DNA of 63,835 nucleotides, counting the filler, from Octopus bimaculoides (lineage: Eukaryota): the NCBI RefSeq assembly GCF_001194135.2. It is 6 parts of 5 records of this genome, joined end to end, with 100 filler letters (N's around TTAATTAATTAA, not from the genome) between each part and the next. Parts side by side here need not be neighbours in the genome. Positions count along the whole stretch, not along the records: positions 24,794 to 30,033 come from NC_069005.1; positions 30,134 to 42,956 come from NC_068994.1; 4 more parts are not named here. One strand, given 5' to 3'. This document shows, in pieces, positions 24,839 to 39,004 of this stretch; the stretch's first letter is position 1; each line of letters starts with the position of its first letter. The position numbers and the translations under genes are program-made. The notes beneath the pieces are model-generated. The model ran no database searches. It saw only the letters and a list, made by a program, of their open reading frames with translations, and was not told where the DNA came from.

Positions 24839-25786
24839 TACGTATATGCGTATATGTGGGCATGTATGTATGTATGTATGTATGTATGAGTGTTGGGTGT
24901 CCTTTTGTTTGTGTTTGTCCCCATCACCGCTTGACAACAGGGTTGGTCTATTTACGTACCCGTAACGTGGCGGTTTGGCAAACGTGATTGCTATATAATA
25001 ATTATCGGACTTAAAAATATATATCGAGATTGGTGTGTTCGACTAAACCCTTCAAGGTAGTGTCTCAGCATAGCTGCAGTCTAATGACTGAAACGAGTAA
25101 GAGATAAAAGACGAAAAATCAAGATATATGTGTATGCAGAGGTGAGCTGTCGGTATTTTAATAACCAGTTTGTTGTACAGTCAACATTTTAACAGCTGGA
25201 TCCTAACTAATTTGTCAACATTTTAACAATAGATTTAGTATTTTTTTTAAATGCCCATATCAGCAATAAAATATCGGTTGATTAATGAGGATCTCAAAAA
25301 CTAAAACATTAAAATAGGTTATAATTGAGAATCTGTCGAAACTTGTGATAATTTGCCGCGAACGAAAATGTGAGGGAAAGAACGGATGTCACGGGCTTTA
25401 AGATCCGAAAAGAAATTTTCAACGCGGAAAATAAAAGAGAATGGTTCCTTTGCGCATGCAAAAACATGCATTATCAATAAAAATGAGGGAACAATATCTA
25501 GTCGAGGCGGAGACGTGAGTATTTTGGGAGAGAGATTATGCTTGTTGACAGAGCTTATCCGGTTTCCATGTTTTATGGATTCCATGTTTTATCAGTCGGT
25601 TGCGTCGACGAGTGTTCCTGATGATTTGATCAACGGAACAGCTTGTTCGTGAAATTAACGTGCAAGTGGCTGAACACTCCACAAACACGCGTACCCTTAA
25701 TGTGACACACCGAATGTGACAAACGAATATAGAGATGGTTGGGGGTGAATAGACACATCTGTGGTTGCTGTGAAAAAGACGATGAA

Positions 25787-26127
25787 ACGAAGCAGGGGTT
25801 ACGTTAAGAAACGAAGCAGGGGTTACGTTAAGAAACGAAGCAGGGATTAAGTTAACGAGCAGGGGTTAAGTTAACGAAGCAGGGGTTAAGTTAACGAGCA
25901 GGGGTTAAGTTAACGAAGCAGGGGTTAAGTTAACGAGCAGGGGTTAAGTTAACGAAGCAGGGGTTAAGTTAACGAGCAGGGGTTAAGTTAACGAAGCAGG
26001 GGTTAAGTTAACGAGCAGGGGTTAAGTTAACGAAGCAGGGGTTAAGTTAACGAGCAGGGGTTAAGTTAACGAAGCAGGGGTTAAGTTAACGAGCAGGGGT
26101 TAAGTTAACGAGCAGGGGTTAAGTTAA
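25787..26127. repeat. Minisatellite, 19/20-bp units (AACGAAGCAGGGGTTAAGTT / AACGAGCAGGGGTTAAGTT)
   Basis: About 17 units, mostly in strict 20/19 alternation. Confidence 0.95.
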
Positions 26128-26324
26128 GATTTATGTCCCTTGGTATAAATATTACAGTACCAAGCTTTGAAATACAGGTACTACTCATTTTTGCCAGCTG
26201 AGTAAACTAGAGCAACACGAAATAAAGTGTCTTGCTCAAGGACAGAACGTGCCGGCGGGAATAGAATTTGGAACCTCAAGACCGTGAGCCGAATACACTC
26301 ACCGATAAGCGACGCACCTTCATT

Positions 26325-26456
26325 CTAAACCCTAACCCTAACCCTAACCCTAACCCTAACCCTAATCCCAACCATAACCCATAACCTTAAACGCGAAACA
26401 TAATCTGAAATCCTAAACCTAACACTAATCCTTACCCTAACCCTAAATTCTAACCC
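26325..26456 (-). repeat. Interstitial telomere-like (TTAGGG)n tract
   Basis: Six perfect CCCTAA units at 26330-26365 followed by degenerate variants. Confidence 0.85.
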
Positions 26457-26459
26457 TTT

Positions 26460-26495
<36 letters not shown>

Positions 26496-27547
26496 TGATT
26501 TTTGTTTTAAAATTTTCGCATAAACTGGCGTTGCAAATGGAGATGATACGAAAACATTTGTAATTAAAGATGTGTTAGAGAATTTTCTTTCTCTTCTTTT
26601 CACTGGAATATATATATTATATATATATATANNNNNNNNNNNNNNNNNNNNNNNNNNNNNNNNNNNNNNNNNNNNNNNNNNNNNNNNNNNNNNNNNNNNN
26701 NNNNNNNNNNNNNNNNNNNNNNNNNNNNNNNNNNNNNNNNNNNNNNNNNNNNNNNNNNNNNNNNNNNNNNNNNNNNNNNNNNNNNNNNNNNNNNNNNNNN
26801 NNNNNNNNNNNNNNNNNNNNNNNNNNNNNNNNNNNNNNNNNNNNNNNNNNNNNNNNNNNNNNNNNNNNNNNNNNNNNNNNNNNNNNNNNNNNNNNNNNNN
26901 NNNNNNNNNNNNNNNNNNNNNNNNNNNNNNNNNNNNNNNNNNNNNNNNNNNNNNNNNNNNNNNNNNNNNNNNNNNNNNNNNNNNNNNNNNNNNNNNNNNN
27001 NNNNNNNNNNNNNNNNNNNNNNNNNNNNNNNNNNNNNNNNNNNNNNNNNNNNNNNNNNNNNNNNNNNNNNNNNNNNNNNNNNNNNNNNNNNNNNNNNNNN
27101 NNNNNNNNNNNNNNNNNNNNNNNNNNNNNNNNNNNNNNNNNNNNNNNNNNNNNNNNNNNNNNNNNNNNNNNNNNNNNNNNNNNNNNNNNNNNNNNNNNNN
27201 NNNNNNNNNNNNNNNNNNNNNNNNNNNNNNNNNNNNNNNNNNNNNNNNNNNNNNNNNNNNNNNNNNNNNNNNNNNNNNNNNNNNNNNNNNNNNNNNNNNN
27301 NNNNNNNNNNNNNNNNNNNNNNNNNNNNNNNNNNNNNNNNNNNNNNNNNNNNNNNNNNNNNNNNNNNNNNNNNNNNNNNNNNNNNNNNNNNNNNNNNNNN
27401 NNNNNNNNNNNNNNNNNNNNNNNNNNNNNNNNNNNNNNNNNNNNNNNNNNNNNNNNNNNNNNNNNNNNNNNNNNNNNNNNNNNNNNNNNNNNNNNNNATA
27501 TAATATGCACACTTGTAGTGGTACCGTTACATGTATGTATATACATG

Positions 27548-27593
<46 letters not shown>

Positions 27594-28542
27594 TGTCTGT
27601 CTGTCTTTGGCGTGTTTGCATGCTTAAGTGTACGTGTGTGACGATGATGTCACGCACATTACCTCAAACTGGACTTACTCTCATTTATTAACTACACATT
27701 TGAGTGCATTTTAAGAATTTCCAGATACATCCACTTCCATTCATTACGTCTATTGTTTGTGTTTTTGTATTTCTCCTTGACCTGGACTGGAATGTGAAAC
27801 CACGTGTCACAACAGAGAATTTTATATGCACCCTCTCGACTGGCTAAAAGTAGCAACCAAACTGCACTCAAATCATCATCAGCCGGTCTTGTGTAACTGT
27901 AAAGCCGAGATGGTCATAAATGGAATACATTTTACCTTGGGTCCTCACGATCAGATCTTAGCTGGGGCTAAACAAGAACAACACGCTGACTTCTGTGCAG
28001 ACGTGGGATTTACTAGAAATAGCAGCTAAATCTACCTGAAACCGTTGACTACAGTTTTTAAAAGAATGAACAGATTGGAGAAAATATGGGTCTCAATACA
28101 TTGCGTTAAAAAAGTCCGGATGGCTATCGTTGGAACATGTATCTATGATCATAGGTCTTCCGTGTCTTTTCTAGCCTGTGGCTAAATGAGAATAGCAATT
28201 GATAAACATTCGTGACGATGGTCTGCTAAAAATTACAGCTATTTTCCTAGCTCCGAACAGCAGATTAAAATCACCCAGCAGTGGCTGTGGCATTGATAAA
28301 TACGTATTTCTACCTCTTTGGACTTCGTTAGGAGCAAGTATCCACTGACACTTCACGTTAGGAGAAAACTCAGCCGCTACGAATACAGTTATACAGTGAT
28401 TAGAAACAAAACCACCGATGTTGCAATTAGCCGGCAGGTTGAATTAAAATTAGTATTAGTTTGAAATAGCAAAAAGAAGCAGAAATACATATTTAATAAT
28501 GCCATTGACGTTGCGTACATACATACATATATAAACATAAAA

Positions 28543-28689
28543 TCTTTGGATTTTATTCAATTACATATGTATGGGAGTGTTCCTTATAGACTGAGTGTTC
28601 CTTATAGACTGAGTGTTCCTTATAGACTCTGTAAAGTCTATAAGGAACGCTCCCATAGATTGGTATGTAACTGAATAAAAATCCAAAGA
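28543..28689. repeat. Short palindromic element with an internal 18-bp triplication
   Basis: TCTTTGGATTTTATTCA...TGAATAAAAATCCAAAGA inverted ends; GAGTGTTCCTTATAGACT x3 at 28575-28628. Confidence 0.8.
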
Positions 28690-29121
28690 CACACAGTCTG
28701 CAGTGAACATTACATCTATTAGGATTTAAATGAATATGTCAATTTTTGCCTTGAAGAGATTTTTACTTTCTAAATTCATAATGCAATTTTTAATTGTAAA
28801 ATATGAATGAAAGTAGACATTGAAACGCACGTAGGCGTTATGAAATTTGACTTTTATGTAAATAAATTGAGTTTTCTGAGTTCAAACTCTCCATTTCCTA
28901 TATATATTATATTACTAAAATTCTGTTCTTATATATCGAATAGATGAAAACATCTATAAATTAATCGATAGAGAGGCAAACCGATAGATGATTGAATGTA
29001 AGGCATCGTTAGAAAGAGCAATTTCTTTTTATATAAAAAAAACTTTGCGCGCATGCGTGTGTTTGCGTGTGTGTATGTGTGTGTGTGTGTGTGTGCTTTT
29101 TGCGTGTGTGTATGAGTGTGT

Positions 29122-29211
<90 letters not shown>

Positions 29212-29294
29212 CATTGAAATCAATGTTAGAATATTTAGGCTACAAGTGCTTTTGAAAGACTTGCCCATCGTTTGTAGGATTAATATGATGTTAG

Positions 29295-29902
29295 TCTGAA
29301 AAGGAAAATAAGTGTATATCAGATCTTGTATTTTGGGCACACTTTTGTAGGGGCAGAAGCATGGACTCCCTACTACAGACATATAAAGAAGCTTGAAATC
29401 TTTCGCAAGTGCTGTTTGCGCAACATATGCAGCATAAAATGCTAAGATGAGATATCCAATGCCAAAATCTGATATCCCCAGTATCCAAAGCATGTTGATG
29501 AGAATTCAGTGCAGATGGGTAGGACATGCTATTCGACTGAAAAATGACTGCATCCCGAAAATTCTTTTGTATGGTAAATAAACGGAGGGATATCGTGGCA
29601 AAGGAAGACCTGTCCTTAGGTATAAGGATAAGTTGAAGCAATCACTAAAATCTCTACAGCTTAACTTGGCATATTGGGAAAGTCATTGCCGAGATCGATC
29701 TGCATTGCGTAAAATGCGTCACGATGCATCCAAACAATTTGGGTTGAATACGAATAAAAATAGAAAAAGCATATCCCACAGACAACAACAGACACACTTG
29801 CCCAATCTAAGGCAAACCGAAAATTATCTATGTTCCCATTGCGACTTCATAACAAAATCCACATCTGAATTGAAATTACATTTATGCATTCATCGCAAAT
29901 AG
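29295..29902 (+). mobile_element. RTE-clade LINE 3' fragment
   Basis: GAEAWTPYYRHIKKLEIF; RWVGHAIRLKNDCIPKILLYG; RGKGRPVLRYKDKLKQSL...WESHCRDRSALR; terminal C2H2-type motif CSHC-x12-H-x3-H; stops and frameshifts. Confidence 0.88.
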
Positions 29903-30133
29903 ATGCTGCTATTTAGTGTTTCTTTTTGTTTTTTTTTCTTTCTATTACTCTCTATAAATTTAAGTCCTCTCATTCAAACACTCATACATCGAAACTGACA
30001 GCAGCGACCATCATATTTATTGATTATATATATNNNNNNNNNNNNNNNNNNNNNNNNNNNNNNNNNNNNNNNNNNNNTTAATTAATTAANNNNNNNNNNN
30101 NNNNNNNNNNNNNNNNNNNNNNNNNNNNNNNNN

Positions 30134-30210
<77 letters not shown>

Positions 30211-31034
30211 TATACATAGATCAATAGGTAGATTGATAGATTTATATACATATACACACACATAGACACACACACACACATATGTATATATACACACACA
30301 CACATGTACACACACCTACTCCTCTCTATCTCCTGCTGTCCCTTGTGCACCCACCTGCTCACATGTCGAATGTATTGTCTTGAATGTATCCTCCTAACAC
30401 CGCCACCCTCTACCTGTGTCCATTCACCGATTTCTTCCCCTCCCCTCCACCCTCCTACCCCATGCAATCCCTGGTCCACTTCTCTATATGCATCCTGTTG
30501 TAACTCAGGTGTACAGCCCATAGCATNNNNNNNNNNTTCAGAAATATGAAAAGCTGAAAACCAATATATTTTGTGTTATATGTATATATGTGTTATGTAT
30601 ATATGTGTTATGTATATATGTGTTATGTATATATGTGTGCGGACGTGCTGCTCATATATGTGTAGAGCCATGCATATGCATATATGCACTTACGTGTAGA
30701 AAAGAATAAATATATATAAGAAAATAAATTCATGCATAATCTACATCATAGACACACACTTGTGTAAAGGTAGGACATATACAACCTACATAAATATATG
30801 AATACATACGTAAATGTGTCTCTATGCATACATATACATATACATCTATATGTACATGCATATATATATATATATGTATATATGTATGTCTATACATCTA
30901 TGAATATATATATATGTATATGCACACAGACACGTGCTTATAATATATATGCATATACACATAGAGCCTCCATATTAGAGGGGAAAAAATCTAATATATA
31001 GTTACATCCAATCATCTACATAAATTCATAAATG

Positions 31035-31079
<45 letters not shown>

Positions 31080-31753
31080 NNNNNNNNNNNNNNNNNNNNN
31101 NNNNNNNNNNNNNNNNNNNNNNNNNNNNNNNNNNNNNNNNNNNNNNNNNNNNNNNNNNNNNNNNNNNNNNNNNNNNNNNNNNNNNNNNNNNNNNNNNNNN
31201 NNNNNNNNNNNNNNNNNNNNNNNNNNNNNNNNNNNNNNNNNNNNNNNNNNNNNNNNNNNNNNNNNNNNNNNNNNNNNNNNNNNNNNNNNNNNNNNNNNNN
31301 NNNNNNNNNNNNNNNNNNNNNNNNNNNNNNNNNNNNNNNNNNNNNNNNNNNNNNNNNNNNNNNNNNNNNNNNNNNNNNNNNNNNNNNNNNNNNNNNNNNN
31401 NNNNNNNNNNNNNNNNNNNNNNNNNNNNNNNNNNNNNNNNNNNNNNNNNNNNNNNNNNNNNNNNNNNNNNNNNNNNNNNNNNNNNNNNNNNNNNNNNNNN
31501 NNNNNNNNNNNNNNNNNNNNNNNNNNNNNNNNNNNNNNNNNNNNNNNNNNNNNNNNNNNNNNNNNNNNNNNNNNNNNNNNNNNNNNNNNNNNNNNNNNNN
31601 NNNNNNNNNNNNNNNNNNNNNNNNNNNNNNNNNNNNNNNNNNNNNNNNNNNNNNNNNNNNNNNNNNNNNNNNNNNNNNNNNNNNNNNNNNNNNNNNNNNN
31701 NNNNNNNNNNNNNNNNNNNNNNNNNNNNNNNNNNNNNNNNNNNNNNNNNNNNN

Positions 31754-31806
<53 letters not shown>

Positions 31807-32148
31807 GTATATATATGTTTGAAAACATAAGTAGAAAATACCAAAATATATAAATTTATTTACATATTAATGGCTCTAGTTATATGCATGTGTGTATACA
31901 TATATGTATGTTGCCATGCATGTGTATATTTGGGAATGTATGCACAAGCATATTTATTGATCATGTGTATATAGTCTTCACTTTCCCTTTCCATTTAAAT
32001 ACATGCCTACATGTATGTGTGTATATATGTATATGCACACACATTTATACATGTATATGGATATGTACATATGTATATAGATACTGATACATATATACGT
32101 ATATACATATATATAAATATATATGTATATACATTATGTATAGGTGTA

Positions 32149-32183
<35 letters not shown>

Positions 32184-32233
32184 ATATATATATATATATA
32201 TACACACACATTATACATATATGCATATCTACA

Positions 32234-32269
<36 letters not shown>

Positions 32270-32270
32270 C

Positions 32271-32311
<41 letters not shown>

Positions 32312-33149
32312 CATACATNNNNNNNNNNNNNNNNNNNNNNNNNNNNNNNNNNNNNNNNNNNNNNNNNNNNNNNNNNNNNNNNNNNNNNNNNNNNNNNNNN
32401 NNNNNNNNNNNNNNNNNNNNNNNNNNNNNNNNNNNNNNNNNNNNNNNNNNNNNNNNNNNNNNNNNNNNNNNNNNNNNNNNNNNNNNNNNNNNNNNNNNNN
32501 NNNNNNNNNNNNNNNNNNNNNNNNNNNNNNNNNNNNNNNNNNNNNNNNNNNNNNNNNNNNNNNNNNNNNNNNNNNNNNNNNNNNNNNNNNNNNNNNNNNN
32601 NNNNNNNNNNNNNNNNNNNNNNNNNNNNNNNNNNNNNNNNNNNNNNNNNNNNNNNNNNNNNNNNNNNNNNNNNNNNNNNNNNNNNNNNNNNNNNNNNNNN
32701 NNNNNNNNNNNNNNNNNNNNNNNNNNNNNNNNNNNNNNNNNNNNNNNNNNNNNNNNNNNNNNNNNNNNNNNNNNNNNNNNNNNNNNNNNNNNNNNNNNNN
32801 NNNNNNNNNNNNNNNNNNNNNNNCTCTCTCCTCATCTCTCTTGCTATCTCTCTCTCTCAAACTGAGCTATGCATGTTCTATTCTGAGGAAACCATCTATC
32901 TTATCTTACTCCAAGACATCTTCTTTTCCTCTCTTCATTCCCAAACATATCACCTGGCGCAGAGCACTTCTCTCAATATTACTCCCACTTCAGTTGAGGG
33001 GTCTTTGTCTTGTAAGCCACTTGGTCACCTCACTGCTACTGGTGCCATGTAAGAAAGTCCTGCTGCACTCTGTAAAGTGGTTGGCATTAGGAATGGCACC
33101 CAGTTATAGAGACCATGCCAAAGCAGACAGCAGAGCTTGGCTGTTCAGC

Positions 33150-33900
33150 TTTATGTCTGGGAGAAATACTAGTGATGCTATCCCAATCTTTGTCAGATGA
33201 GTGCAGGAGAAGTATTTGGCTAAGAATAAACTATTGTACTTGGCATTCATTGACTTGGAGAGAGCCTTCAACAAAGTCTCTCACTCTGAGGTATCAGGTC
33301 TCTGAGAAAGCCAGGGATAGACAAGTGGCTTGTGAAAGCTGTACAGGCCTTGTACAGGAGTGTTGTCAGTAAGACAAGTGTTAACCATGAGTACGGTGAT
33401 GAATTTAATGTACAGAAAGGCAGTCAATAGAACTCAATTCTCAGTCCCCTCTCATCCATCATCACCCTCCAGGCCATAATAGAAGAGTTTAAGATCAGCT
33501 ACCCTGGGAAACTACTATATCCTACTAATGATTTTGCTCTCATAGTGGAATCTGTAGCAGAAATTCCAGGTGTGGAAGCAAAGACGTGGAATTGAAGGGC
33601 ATTAAACTCAGCAAAGACCAAAATTCTAGTAAGCAAGAAAATGGACAAGTAAACGATCCTGCTCAGTATTGAGGAAAAGTGAAGCCTGGAATTCTATATA
33701 GTGTGTTCAGTGTTAGCCATGGACACACAAAAGGTGCAGTGGAATCACAGGGAGGTTATCAGAGAAAGTGGTGTTGGTGTGTGTTGAAGATGCACAGGAG
33801 CCATAAAGATTACAGATACATAGGAAATTGATTTTCTCAAATGCCCCAGAGGCTCTCTAGAGGTTCTGTTTCCTAGGTGACCTAAATAGTTGTGGAGGAG
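33150..33900 (+). mobile_element. RTE-clade LINE reverse-transcriptase fragment
   Basis: DAIPIFVR*VQEKYLAKNKLLYLAFIDLERAFNKV RT motif; heavily degraded downstream. Confidence 0.8.
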
Positions 33901-34008
33901 GAGGTTTTCAAAGTGTTGTTGTGAAAATAAGAATAGGAAGAGGAAGAACATTCCGAAAAATTTTGTCTCTGTTGAAACAAAATGTCTCCACATCACCACG
34001 ACCATCTC

Positions 34009-34039
<31 letters not shown>

Positions 34040-34056
34040 TTCTCACACTCTCTCTC

Positions 34057-34128
<72 letters not shown>

Positions 34129-34829
34129 TCTCCCTCCCCCTCTCTCTTATAGATATGTATAGTGTTGAAAAAAGAAATTTTTCATCATTCTTTTACTATA
34201 TCAATAGTAACTGGTTTTGTCTCACCATGAGGCTGCCGGTGAAAAGCTCCTTTCGAGTGTTGGGCCTCATGGAGGCAATGACCGAAACCTTTGGCATTAT
34301 GTTGTGCTTGAAGAAGAAGACTGATCAAGCCAAGTAAAATCGCAGTCGTGGCAGATACCAGTGTCACGCAAATGGCACCCATACCAGTGGCACGTAAAAG
34401 CTTGGAGTGGTTGGCATTAGGAAGGACATCCAGCTGTAGAAAACCATGCCAAATCAGACTGGAGTCTGGTGCAGCCTTCCAGCTGCACCAGCCCTGCTCA
34501 AACCACCCAACCCATGCCAGCATGGACAACGGACGATAAATGATGATGATGATGATGATATATATATTAATTGTTTGTAGGACCATATTGTGTTAAGTTA
34601 AAAGTTTTGCAGTATTTTGTAACTTATTTAAGGTGGTGAGCTGGCAGAAATGTTAGCACTCCAGGTGAAATGTTTTGCGGTATTATGTCTGTATTTACAT
34701 TTGCCTTTCATCCTTTCAGGGTTGATAGATTAAGTACCAGTTCCCCCCAAATTTCAGGCCTTGTGCCTAGAGTAGAAAAGAATATTTTGTAATTTATTTA
34801 CTTCATTCGTTAAGTTACGACAAAAGCAG

Positions 34830-35310
34830 TCTAGCATTCAAAGTAGAGGCCATTGTGTTCCACTGTTTGAAACCCCCATTTTGTCAGTTCTTTGATCCCA
34901 TTCTGGCACCAGTTCTTGTCCTTTGAGATAAAGAACTTCCACCTCCGCTGGGTTGATAAAATGTCATGAGTGCAGGAAGTGAGCCATGGATCAGAACAAG
35001 TAATAATCCAAGGGAAATATTTTTCCACAATCCTAACGTGCATAAACAGTGGTTAAGTAAGGGCCAGCTTCTGGAACCAGTTGTCAAACAGGGGTGTTTT
35101 GAACACAAGGAGATGCTCTGCATCTGGTAGAATTTTGAGGGAATAATTCACTGTGAGTTCATTCTGGACAGTCAAAGCATTGATGCCTTCCTGTATTCCC
35201 AACAGCAGGAGCAGGTGTATGCGAATGTGCAGCAGAAACATCCAACAGGAAGCAAACTCTTCTATATTAGGACAATGCAAGACTCCATACCACTTGAACA
35301 ACCTATAACC
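34830..35310 (-). mobile_element. Mariner transposase C-terminal relic
   Basis: Degenerate ...FFISKDKNWCQNGIKELTKW...VEHNGLYFE* C-terminus typical of mariner transposases. Confidence 0.65.
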
Positions 35311-36183
35311 CTACTAAAGGCACAAGGCCTGAAATTTGAGAGGATGAAACGTAAAGTCTACTTCAGTGGTATTTGAACTCAGATCGTACAGACGGATGAA
35401 ATGCGGTTAAGCATTTCTCCCAGTGTGCTAACGATTCTGCCAGCTTGCTACCTTTGAACAACCTGTAATAAAGACCAGGAACTTGAGGCAATCGAACTAA
35501 CACCACATCCAGCATGTAGTTCCAACTTGGCACCCTTGGCTATATATGCAAATGTATACACATGTACATATATATTTAATTCTATATGTAAATATGTAGA
35601 AATAAATGGGCAAATATATGCAAATACACCTGTACATGCTTCCATATATTTCCATCTTAATACATGCAATGATACTTGTAATATACATACATTAATTGAA
35701 TAAAAAAATGATGGAAATATACATGTTTGTTTGATATTCATTCACATATTGTATTATTATATACACATAATGTGAGTGTGTGTGCATGTATGTATGTATG
35801 TATGAATGTATATAGATAGATAGATAGATAGATAGATAGGTAGGTAGGTATATACTCATATATATACACATATACATAGAAATATATGCATACATAATGT
35901 GTAGATATAAAAAAATGATATGTATGTGTATGTGTGTATGTTCAAATACAGGTGTATATGCATGTGTGTGTGTGTGTGTGTTTGCATGTGCGCATATTGA
36001 TTTGAGTAAGTATAAATATGCATATATATATANNNNNNNNNNNNNNNNNNNNNNNNNNNNNNNNNNNNNNNNNNNNNNNNNNNNNNNNNNNNNNNNNNNN
36101 NNNNNNNNNNNNNNNNNNNNNNNNNNNNNNNNNNNNNNNNNNNNNNNNNNNNNNNNNNNNNNNNNNNNNNNNNNNNNNNNNNN

Positions 36184-36282
<99 letters not shown>

Positions 36283-36292
36283 CTACACACAT

Positions 36293-36325
<33 letters not shown>

Positions 36326-36463
36326 TACATATTTATTGATATTCATGTATCAATGAATATATGTGTGTATGTGAATGCACACACACACACATACACACAC
36401 ACACACACACGCACACACATATATACACATATACATACACACAGACACAGACGCACAAATGCA

Positions 36464-36502
<39 letters not shown>

Positions 36503-36836
36503 NNNNNNNNNNTATACATATACATTTTCTGCATATTCTATCGCACACGTTTCAGCAACAGAATCCTTAGTTCCTGCATGCACCCTCGCCTACACCAACA
36601 CTTCACATGTGCATGCTTATGCAGCAGTGACAAACCACTGCATAATTATGTGCATTTGCATGGCTTCCGAATTGACACAGTTAAGTACATGCATTTCATG
36701 TACATACACGGGGATACATGCAAATGTCTATATACCCTTGTACGTGGCATCACAGAGACACATACACATATGCATATAAATGTACGTGTGCGTGTGTGTG
36801 TGTGTGCATTTATATATATATACATACCGACCTACC

Positions 36837-36867
<31 letters not shown>

Positions 36868-36871
36868 GTAT

Positions 36872-36907
<36 letters not shown>

Positions 36908-36973
36908 CATGATCATGATATCAACATCATTTAACATATATATAAATATATATATATATATATATGTGTGTGT

Positions 36974-37071
<98 letters not shown>

Positions 37072-37106
37072 GTATATGTATATATATATGTATATATATA
37101 TGTATA

Positions 37107-37166
<60 letters not shown>

Positions 37167-37419
37167 TTGAAAGAAAGACAGAGACAGACAGATGAATAGA
37201 TAAATATATATATATATATGTTTGCTGTATTTATGCACACACACACACACACACACCACTCACTTTTAGGCTCTGATTTATGACACATGTCCCAATCATA
37301 AATGTGTGTGTGTGAGATGTGAGTTGCATATGCATACAGGCATACATATATATAATATATGCATATACATGTATGCATGTGTGTCTGTATAAGAGTCATA
37401 TATATATAACTTGAAACTT

Positions 37420-37860
37420 GGTTGTTGCTTCTTCTCCGTAACCAGACTGATCCATTTCTCAACTGTATTGTAATTTGTGATGAAAAGTGGATTCTGTAGA
37501 ATAATAAAAAACGCTCTTCACAAAACGAAATATCGAAAACCTTCCTTAAACCCGACCTCTTCAGAAAGCAGGTTATGGTGACTGTTTGGTGGTCTACTGC
37601 TGGACTCATCCACTATAACTTCTTAAAACCTGGAAAAACCATTACTGCAGAGACATATTGCCTTGAAATTGCCAAAATGAACAAAAAGCTGATACTCCTC
37701 CATCCAAGACTGGTCAATAGAAGAGGGCTGATCATTCTTCATGACAATACTTGACCACACATTTCACTAATGATGCTCCAGAAGTTGAGGGAATTTGGCT
37801 ATGAAATTCTTCCCCACCCAGCTTATTCCCCAGACCTTTCTCCTACCAACTTTCAAGCAC
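37420..37860 (+). mobile_element. Mariner transposase catalytic-domain relic
   Basis: [14 protein letters not shown]...[30 protein letters not shown]...ILHDNT*PH...ILPHPAYSPDLSPT; in-frame stops. Confidence 0.88.
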
Positions 37861-38967
37861 CAATATAAGACATTTGCCCTGGGTTCCATGCAGTGGGGCT
37901 GAATCCAGAATCATGTGGATGGGAACCTAGCTTCTTACCACACAACCACACCTGCACCTATATGCGTGTGTGTGTGAAATCTTTTTTTGTTTTGCAGGTA
38001 CTTGGGGATCCTGTCAGTGCAGGTACCACTTAAAAGTACCCAGTCCATACTTTAAAATGGTTGGCATTTGGAAGGGCAACCAACTGTAAAAACCTTGCCA
38101 AAACTGACCTCGCCTGTGCTCGTGCCATGTAAAAAGCACTANNNNNNNNNNNNNNNNNNNNNNNNNNNNNNNNNNNNNNNNNNNNNNNNNNNNNNNNNNN
38201 NNNNNNNNNNNNNNNNNNNNNNNNNNNNNNNNNNNNNNNNNNNNNNNNNNNNNNNNNNNNNNNNNNNNNNNNNNNNNNNNNNNNNNNNNNNNNNNNNNNN
38301 NNNNNNNNNNNNNNNNNNNNNNNNNNNNNNNNNNNNNNNNNNNNNNNNNNNNNNNNNNNNNNNNNNNNNNNNNNNNNNNNNNNNNNNNNNNNNNNNNNNN
38401 NNNNNNNNNNNNNNNNNNNNNNNNNNNNNNNNNNNNNNNNNNNNNNNNNNNNNNNNNNNNNNNNNNNNNNNNNNNNNNNNNNNNNNNNNNNNNNNNNNNN
38501 NNNNNNNNNNNNNNNNNNNNNNNNNNNNNNNNNNNNNNNNNNNNNNNNNNNNNNNNNNNNNNNNNNNNNNNNNNNNNNNNNNNNNNNNNNNNNNNNNNNN
38601 NNNNNNNNNNNNNNNNNNNNNNNNNNNNNNNNNNNNNNNNNNNNNNNNNNNNNNNNNNNNNNNNNNNNNNNNNNNNNNNNNNNNNNNNNNNNNNNNNNNN
38701 NTATATATATATATGTGTGTGTGTGTGTATTGTGTGTGTATTCTATTATAAACTGTGGAATGCACAAAGCCTACAGTTTTATAGGTATATATACTGTCAA
38801 ATAGAGAAAAGCACATATAAATTTATAGGTACTACTTCACATATGCTAACATATATACACATTTATACATTTACAGAAACACTACGAGGAAATTATTGAT
38901 ACACCCTTACACACACACACATACACACACATATATGTATATCTACACATATATATATATATACGTA

Positions 38968-39004
<37 letters not shown>

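Noticed and set aside
25787-26127. Regular short repeats resembling a CRISPR array
   Set aside because: No unique spacers and no cas genes; eukaryotic context; it is a minisatellite.
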